Notes under the pieces: generated by a model
What the model was told of the DNA's origin: nothing
The model's input: the letters and a program-made list of their open reading frames with translations, nothing else
Database searches by the model: none
Shown: positions 59,601 through 64,000 of the stretch, one piece after another
Position numbering within the stretch: position 1 is the first letter of the stretch
Layout: every line of letters begins with the position of its first letter
NCBI GenBank assembly: GCA_002869225.1
Contig: PKTG01000083.1
Span: forward strand, 74,732 to 138,731
DNA from: Candidatus Muiribacterium halophilum
GTDB lineage: Bacteria > Muiribacteriota > Muiribacteriia > Muiribacteriales > Muiribacteriaceae
Direction of reading: 5' to 3'
DNA: 64,000 nt
Position numbers and translations under genes: made by a program

Positions 59601-59677
59601 TTTCCTCCAAAGCACCCGACAAGCATACTCATCATTATCAGAGTCGTTATCAGTAGATTCCTATAAGTTCTTCTCAT
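56669..59677 (-). CDS. Large surface lipoprotein, paralog of 52854-55838
   Basis: The likely start is MRRTYRNLL, with GGAGG 5 nt upstream. The N-terminal third is nearly identical to its paralog and the remainder is progressively diverged. Confidence 0.7.
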   Translation of the reverse strand: MRRTYRNLLITTLIMMSMLVGCFGGNDDGGSTPIVAENPGYGILKGTLKGEDVAGALVIAEPLINGQTLTVSKVRNAVSKDAPSLIYTQADENGSFELEKVPVGDYFIQAKKGGTTIGQAMKVSVRQEARTALNIQVTATGSISGTFNMSGASTHNGVMGYLLGTSYMGISDASGAYTISNVPVGTYTMEVWAGYEYDIAQQVVSVSAGTTTSASAMTLTKPTISGNIYGKVIDQSGNAIASATVELKSGATVVSTTTSDANGDYTISGITTGSYELYASKSVLTTVYMPTVIISPERKEINAPNLVMYVATAGAATGNIEGYVVEEGTGSPIQGASVEVRLNQHVLGNVFTDATGYYSFSNITAGDYALEVYKSGYWDEGYLVTVIAGTTEVASVTELEVDNSSGSTPGNVTGQVLYYDNTPVDVATIEVMSNNNVVASYTLNGADSGMYSFTGLTPGLYTIRASKDIENENFVVFQMYSGASDVAPDIRLQNVRSGNIAGFVRNHNGLPINNAGVQFYDSTGSLYSTTNTDASGYYNLNPVNEGVYRVDCVVTGAQTQSRTVEVIIGYTNVPDFFVRPTLNSLALSQTNINTCVVKGIDLSSIFGIANYSDGSTYEVYSDLFWRVKQGTGDLERSYFYTDSHQQGTLEAKYIENGISQSAYLGFTSTWEVDVVDSTNDVGMYSSLDIGKDGRIHVAYYDNTNADLKYAYYDGTWSIPETVDSTGNVGDYCDLVVDDFDNVHIAYQDVTNANLKYALNYGAGWATENVESTADNVGLYIDIDYDTNELPVIIAQDATNSRPIVYHYDGAAWQTEPVEDVVSITGSYNSLIVSPNTHQYRIAYANESFNALNYGTLEITGLWSTKEVATFSTAPTYTDIEESDSDVYIAAYDTMAMQGFVKSTPVSSGAITDVVNAQATPVNGTYIDLELGEYDGIYVAYYDSVNGDLGYSYAQVGDTSWKYNTVYTTGDVGSYLSFKLIKKKYTVFSCYDATNTDLLVIMY

Positions 59678-59845
59678 CTTCCCCTCCAAAACTTTTTTAA
59701 TATTTTAACATTTATCAATATTTTTAACAATATGTTTATAAGTAGAATTATATTAAATAAAACGTTCAATTTATTTTTTTATTACATTCTCAATAAATTT
59801 ACAGTATAATTAAATTAGTATTGAGTATTGTAGTAGGAGGTCCCT

Positions 59846-60742
59846 ATGAGAAGATTATTTCTATTTATTTATATATTAATATTTTCCCTATATTCTTTTT
59901 CAGCTGTACTAACAAGACCACAAGCTCCTTCTTTTGATGAAAGTTTTATGATAGCGACCGATATTGAAGATGCTGTTATCGGATGGTATCTTCTAGATAA
60001 AGATGGAGAAAAGACCATTACACCTCCTGATGAACTTTTACCTGATAACACAAAGAAATTAAAAGATAACCTTTTTTTAACAGATATGAATAAAAAAAAG
60101 AATTTCTCAATAATTGATTTCAAAGGATTTCCTAAGGAAATAAATGCAAGACATCTTATCTATTCAATCAGAAATAAAAATGGGAAAAATGAAGATGGTG
60201 TTGTTTCACTCACTCATTATAAGATGCATGGTCAAAGATATGCTTTAAAAGGTACAATAAACTATATTCCAGTTGAGATCACAGAAAAGATCTACTTATT
60301 TACAAAAGAGGATGACCCGATCAATTCAAACATCAAGATAGGCTGCATGATAGATGATATAGATGATCGTTCTATCACACAAAAAAAAATAGGAATATCT
60401 ATTGTTGATAAAAACGGTGATTTTATAGATCTAAAAAATATAAAAACAGAAAAAGATCGAATCTCAGAAGATGGTTCTGCTCTTATAAGAGATTTTAAAG
60501 ATAAAAAGATATCTGTCGATTGCATGAACGATAACGAGGAATTCTCGATTGAAGCTTATACGATTGATCTTGGTATACTAAGGTCACTTGATAAAAGACC
60601 TGCGATGATTGTATTTAGAATAATCTATAGCAATGACACCAGGACCGAGATGATAGGATACTTTTTAGATTCCGGTAATTTTGATCCAGATTCAAAAAAG
60701 ATAGAAATGGATAGACTTTCACGGATGAAAGGCTTGAATTAA
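59846..60742 (+). CDS. Hypothetical secreted protein
   Basis: 298 aa with a signal peptide (MRRLFLFIYILIFSLYSFSA) and AGGAGG upstream. Confidence 0.5.
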   Translation: MRRLFLFIYILIFSLYSFSAVLTRPQAPSFDESFMIATDIEDAVIGWYLLDKDGEKTITPPDELLPDNTKKLKDNLFLTDMNKKKNFSIIDFKGFPKEINARHLIYSIRNKNGKNEDGVVSLTHYKMHGQRYALKGTINYIPVEITEKIYLFTKEDDPINSNIKIGCMIDDIDDRSITQKKIGISIVDKNGDFIDLKNIKTEKDRISEDGSALIRDFKDKKISVDCMNDNEEFSIEAYTIDLGILRSLDKRPAMIVFRIIYSNDTRTEMIGYFLDSGNFDPDSKKIEMDRLSRMKGLN

Positions 60743-60769
60743 GATATATCCCTACAAAAATAATGCAAA

Positions 60770-60799
60770 GGGCTACTCAAAGGAGCAGCCCTTTTTTTT
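60770..60799. terminator. Bidirectional rho-independent terminator
   Basis: The hairpin GGGCTACTC-AAAG-GAGCAGCCC has one mismatch and is followed by a T-run. It lies between convergent genes. Confidence 0.65.
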
Positions 60800-60823
60800 A
60801 TACATATTCAAAAATACTGAGTT

Positions 60824-62470
60824 CTAAACATCTTTTTCTTTTTCTCCAAGCATCTCTTTCATATCCGTTTCAACATCAGATATTGGTTGTAGATTGAAAT
60901 TATCTTGTAAAAATTTGATGACTGGAGCTTTCAAAAAAGCAGGGACCGTAGGTCCAAGTTTCATATTCTTTACTCCCAGATGAAGAAGTGATAGCAATAT
61001 AACTACGGCTTTCTGTTCATACCATGACAATACAAGTGAAAGTGGAAGAGAGTTTATATCAGTATCAAATGCATCAGCAAGTGCTAGTGCTATCTTGACC
61101 GCTGAGTAAGCATCGTTACACTGTCCTATATCAAGAAGTCTTGGTATTCCACCTATATCTCCAAGTTCCATCTTATTAAACCTATATTTTCCACATGCAA
61201 GAGTAAGAACTATACAATCTTCAGGAACTTTTTCAACAAACTCTGTGTAATAGTTTCTACCCGATTTAGCACCATCACATCCTCCTACGAGGAAGAAGTG
61301 TCGGATATCTCCATTTTTCACTCCATCAATTACTTTATCTGCGACTGAAAGTACAGCATTTCTTGCAAATCCACCCATTATATACTTTTCTTCAAAATCG
61401 CCTTTGAAACCTTCCTGTGAAATAGCAGCATCTATAACTGCAGAGAAATCATAGTTCTCAACATGTTTTACTCCAGGCCACTGGACCAGCCCTGTTGTGA
61501 ATATCCTTTCTTTATAACTTTCTCTTGGTTTCTGAATACAATTGGTTGTCATTAATATTGAACCTGGGAAAGCATCAAACTCTTTTGCCTGATCCTGCCA
61601 AGCTCCGCCATAGTTTCCAACAAGATGTTTATATTTTTTTAGCCCAGGATAAGCGTTACAGGGAAGCATCTCACCATGCGTGTAAATATTTATTCCTTTA
61701 CCTTCAGTCTGTTTCAAAAGTTCTTCAAGATCTTTAAGATCATGTCCAGATACTAAGATAGCCTTACCTTCAACTGGTGAGATCCTGATATTTGTTGGTT
61801 CAGGATGTCCATAGGTTCCAGTATTAGCACGGTCAAGCATCTCCATGACCTTTATATTCTCTTCACCGACAGCCATAGATTTCCCAACCAACTCATCAGT
61901 CTCATATTTATCTCTTGATAAGAAATCCATTGTTTCGTGGAAAAAATTATATACAGCCTGATCCTCAACACCAAGAATCTGTGCGTGATCAGCATATGCA
62001 GCCATTCCTTTTAGTCCGTAAAGTACCAGATGATAAAGACCGGCATTTACATCACCATATCTTTCAAGATCTTTTTCAAGATTATGCTTTTTAGCCATTG
62101 CCTTAACCCCATCATCAGAGAAATCTCTTTCCCAAGTGAGCCATTCAGGCAATTTTTCTAAGCCATCTTTTTCATTATATTCATCTGCTAAACGATTTGT
62201 GATAATATCAGCTTTTTTAAGCCATTTAGCAATATCCTTCTCATCAAAATTTACATTTGTAACTGTTGTAAACAATGCTTTTACAACAAATAGATCCGCC
62301 TCTTTATCAAAGATACCTTTTTTGGCCAATCTTGAACTATACCAGGATATCCCTTTAAGAGAATGAATAAGTGCATCCTGCAGATTAGCAGTATCATTTG
62401 TCTTGCCGCATACTCCCGCCACTGTGCAAGCCTGCCCCTTTGCTGTCTGTTAACATTGATAACAATACAT
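60824..62470 (-). CDS. hcp: Hybrid-cluster protein (hydroxylamine reductase), interrupted by an in-frame TAA at 62450-62452
   Basis: The track ORF starts at an internal GTG (…VAGVCGKT). The same frame continues to the ATG at 62468-62470, which has AAGGAGG upstream: MYCYQC*QTAKGQACTVAGVCGK. HCP N-termini read MFC(F/Y/V)QC(E/Q)(Q/E)T...C.....CGK. Confidence 0.9.
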
Positions 62471-62509
62471 GAAACCTCCTTAAGTATAGTATTTGTTTTT
62501 TTAAATCTT

Positions 62510-63268
62510 TTATTTTACATCTCCAGTTATAGAGATAATAAATTCTTCAACAGGAATCTCTTTTTCACTTAGATCCAAAGCTTTTTCAACAACGCTTCCT
62601 ACACCACCACAACACGGCACTTCCATCCTTACCATTGTGATCTTCTCTATATCCATATCTTTGAATATAGATGTTAACTTCTCTATATATTTATCTACCT
62701 CAGAATCTAATTTTGGACAAAATATCACCGGGACTTTACCTTCCATAAAATCTCTATGAAAGTCTCCATAAGAGAAAGCAGTACAATCCGCAGCGATAAG
62801 AAGATGACTATTTCTTAAAAAACCTGCTTTTGGATTTAAAAGTTTTAGCTGAACCGGCCATGACTTATCAGAATCCGGAAAAGGAGTTGAAGGTCCTGCC
62901 ATCTCAGCTGTTATATCAGGCACCGGAATCTTATTTTCCCTAAGATATTTTAAAGCCTGGTTAAAGTACTCGACTTCATTATGCTGAAGAAGATGAACAA
63001 GATGGGCTTTAATAGTATTTTCACCCTTAGCTACAATATTTTTCATTGTCTTTTTCTCGCTATACTCCTGAGCTTCCCTTTCCTCTACTTCTATTGCTCC
63101 TAAAGGGCAATCTCCAATACACGCTCCAAGTCCATCACAGTATATCTCTGATACCAACCTTGCTTTACCATCGATTATCTTTAAAGCTCCTTCAGGACAG
63201 CCTTTTGCACAAAGACCACAACCATTACAAAGATCTTCTTTTATACTGATTATTTTTCTCTTACCCAT
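62510..63268 (-). CDS. 4Fe-4S dicluster-domain protein (HCP-associated)
   Basis: 252 aa. The N-terminus has CNGCGLCAKGCP and CDGLGACIGDCP motifs. It lies between the Rrf2 regulator gene and hcp. Confidence 0.7.
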   Translation of the reverse strand: MGKRKIISIKEDLCNGCGLCAKGCPEGALKIIDGKARLVSEIYCDGLGACIGDCPLGAIEVEEREAQEYSEKKTMKNIVAKGENTIKAHLVHLLQHNEVEYFNQALKYLRENKIPVPDITAEMAGPSTPFPDSDKSWPVQLKLLNPKAGFLRNSHLLIAADCTAFSYGDFHRDFMEGKVPVIFCPKLDSEVDKYIEKLTSIFKDMDIEKITMVRMEVPCCGGVGSVVEKALDLSEKEIPVEEFIISITGDVK

Positions 63269-63269
63269 A

Positions 63270-63668
63270 TTATGACCTCCCTTTAAGATCCGAAAGTCTT
63301 TTAGATTTCAAAAGTTCTTCAAGTTTTTTTTCTATATTTTTAAAATCATTTCCCAGAATACAATGCTCAAACGGACACGAGGTCTTCCCCAGCGGACAAT
63401 TAAGTTTTTTATCATCCCCTTCAAGTAATTTATAAACAGTTAGAAAATCCACATCAGAATCTTCAAGATAAAATCCACCCGAAGGTCCTCGCTGAGACGA
63501 AACAACTCCAGCTTTGACCAATCTTTGAAATATTTTTTGCAAAGTGTTTTCTGCAGCATCTATCTTTTTTGCTATTTCTTTTCCGCTTATCTTCTCTCCA
63601 TTTTTTGTAGCAAGATATGCAAGACCATGTAGAGCAATCGAAAGTCCTTCGCTAAATCTTATAAGCAT
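63270..63668 (-). CDS. Rrf2-family transcriptional regulator (NsrR/IscR-like)
   Basis: 132 aa with the winged-helix region ISGKEIAKKIDAAENTLQKIFQRLVKAGVVSSQRGPSGGFYL and C-terminal Cys residues. Confidence 0.85.
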   Translation of the reverse strand: MLIRFSEGLSIALHGLAYLATKNGEKISGKEIAKKIDAAENTLQKIFQRLVKAGVVSSQRGPSGGFYLEDSDVDFLTVYKLLEGDDKKLNCPLGKTSCPFEHCILGNDFKNIEKKLEELLKSKRLSDLKGRS

Positions 63669-63693
63669 ATTTCACTCCTTTTTTTCTTTTATA

Positions 63694-63713
63694 GTATTAT
63701 GGTACCATAATAC
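63694..63713. promoter_or_regulatory. Perfect 20 bp palindrome, candidate Rrf2 operator
   Basis: GTATTATGGTACCATAATAC is its own reverse complement. It lies about 26 bp upstream of the Rrf2 gene's ATG. Confidence 0.5.
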
Positions 63714-63868
63714 CTTTTTTATGTCAACAATATTTTCTTCCATCCAAAGTTATCTCCTGAAAAGACCACCAACTGTTAAAGTAGAACAGTTAAGGGTAAA
63801 GTGTAGAACAAGGAAATCAATTTGACTATTTATATAGTTAAAAGGTAAGATTAAGAAAAAGATAAAGA

Positions 63869-63955
63869 TGGTGCCGGAGGTCGGACTTGAACCGACACAG
63901 ACCGAGGTCCGGTGGATTTTGAGTCCACTGCGTCTACCAGTTTCACCACTCCGGC
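63869..63955 (-). tRNA. tRNA-Leu (anticodon CAA), class II with a long variable arm and encoded CCA
   Basis: The reverse complement is GCCGGAGTGGTGAAACTGGTAGACGCAGTGGACTCAAAATCCACCGGACCTCGGTCTGTGTCGGTTCAAGTCCGACCTCCGGCACCA. The acceptor stem GCCGGAG/CTCCGGC, the anticodon arm GTGGA-CTCAAAA-TCCAC and the T arm GTCGG-TTCAAGT-CCGAC all fold by hand. Confidence 0.9.
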
Positions 63956-64000
63956 AACAGAGGTAATATTATATAAATATGTATAGAATGTCAATAATAT

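Noticed and set aside
4983-62512. Other same-frame gene junctions that might be additional readthrough sites (4986-4988/ATG 4983-4985; 16887-16889 before serS; 45745-47 before 45736-38; 62510-12 before hcp)
   Set aside because: In these cases the downstream gene has its own clear RBS and start within a few codons. Either further stops intervene (62471-62509), or the two products are unrelated complete proteins. Sharing a frame is expected by chance in a third of junctions.
223-63825. Many short or antisense ORFs in the six-frame track (e.g. 223-594, 1836-2114, 7024-7467, 9194-9475, 16470-16778, 18437-18679, 29135-29368, 34416-34658, 37306-37698, 37965-38321, 53670-53921, 63544-63825)
   Set aside because: They lie antisense to, or nested within, long ORFs with clear homology or domain structure. 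They have low-complexity or Leu/Ser/Phe/Ile-rich translations typical of shadow ORFs in AT-rich DNA, and they lack RBS/start context.

Overview
This is a very AT-rich chromosomal window of about 55 genes, mostly on the minus strand. The gene content suggests an anaerobic, Gram-negative-type and probably uncultivated bacterium. Nothing in the window identifies a prophage, transposon or CRISPR array.

Housekeeping genes:
- A folD plus four-subunit 2-oxoacid:ferredoxin oxidoreductase operon.
- rpoA, murG, serS, ychF and pheST.
- A TrmH-type methyltransferase and an NDP-sugar/phosphomannomutase fusion.
- An Rrf2 / 4Fe-4S / hcp operon.
- tRNA-Leu(CAA).

Accessory content:
- Three proteins carry prepilin-type signals. 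One heads a single 9.66 kb reading frame (31080-40739).
- A five-gene operon of polytopic membrane proteins includes two tandem PaxB/Pyr4-like membrane terpene cyclases. An inverted-repeat-flanked AT-rich segment lies just upstream of it.
- An AAA+ (Ycf46-like) / DUF1257-like / DUF2997 cluster is extended by a radical-SAM activase and a UbiA-MBL fusion.
- Two mosaic paralogous lipoproteins of about 1000 aa sit in tandem.

Two window-wide signals stand out:
1. Nine in-frame stop codons (TGA x2, TAA x5, TAG x2) interrupt otherwise intact genes, including the essential pheS and murG. There are no frameshifts. Where the aligned residue can be inferred, the stops sit at conserved Gly or Glu/Gln positions.
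2. A family of roughly 200 nt intergenic multi-hairpin elements is present in at least four copies plus one mini copy. The copies show compensatory stem changes and a hairpin whose loop is always GNRA.

All homology calls come from motif recognition by eye. No searches were run.
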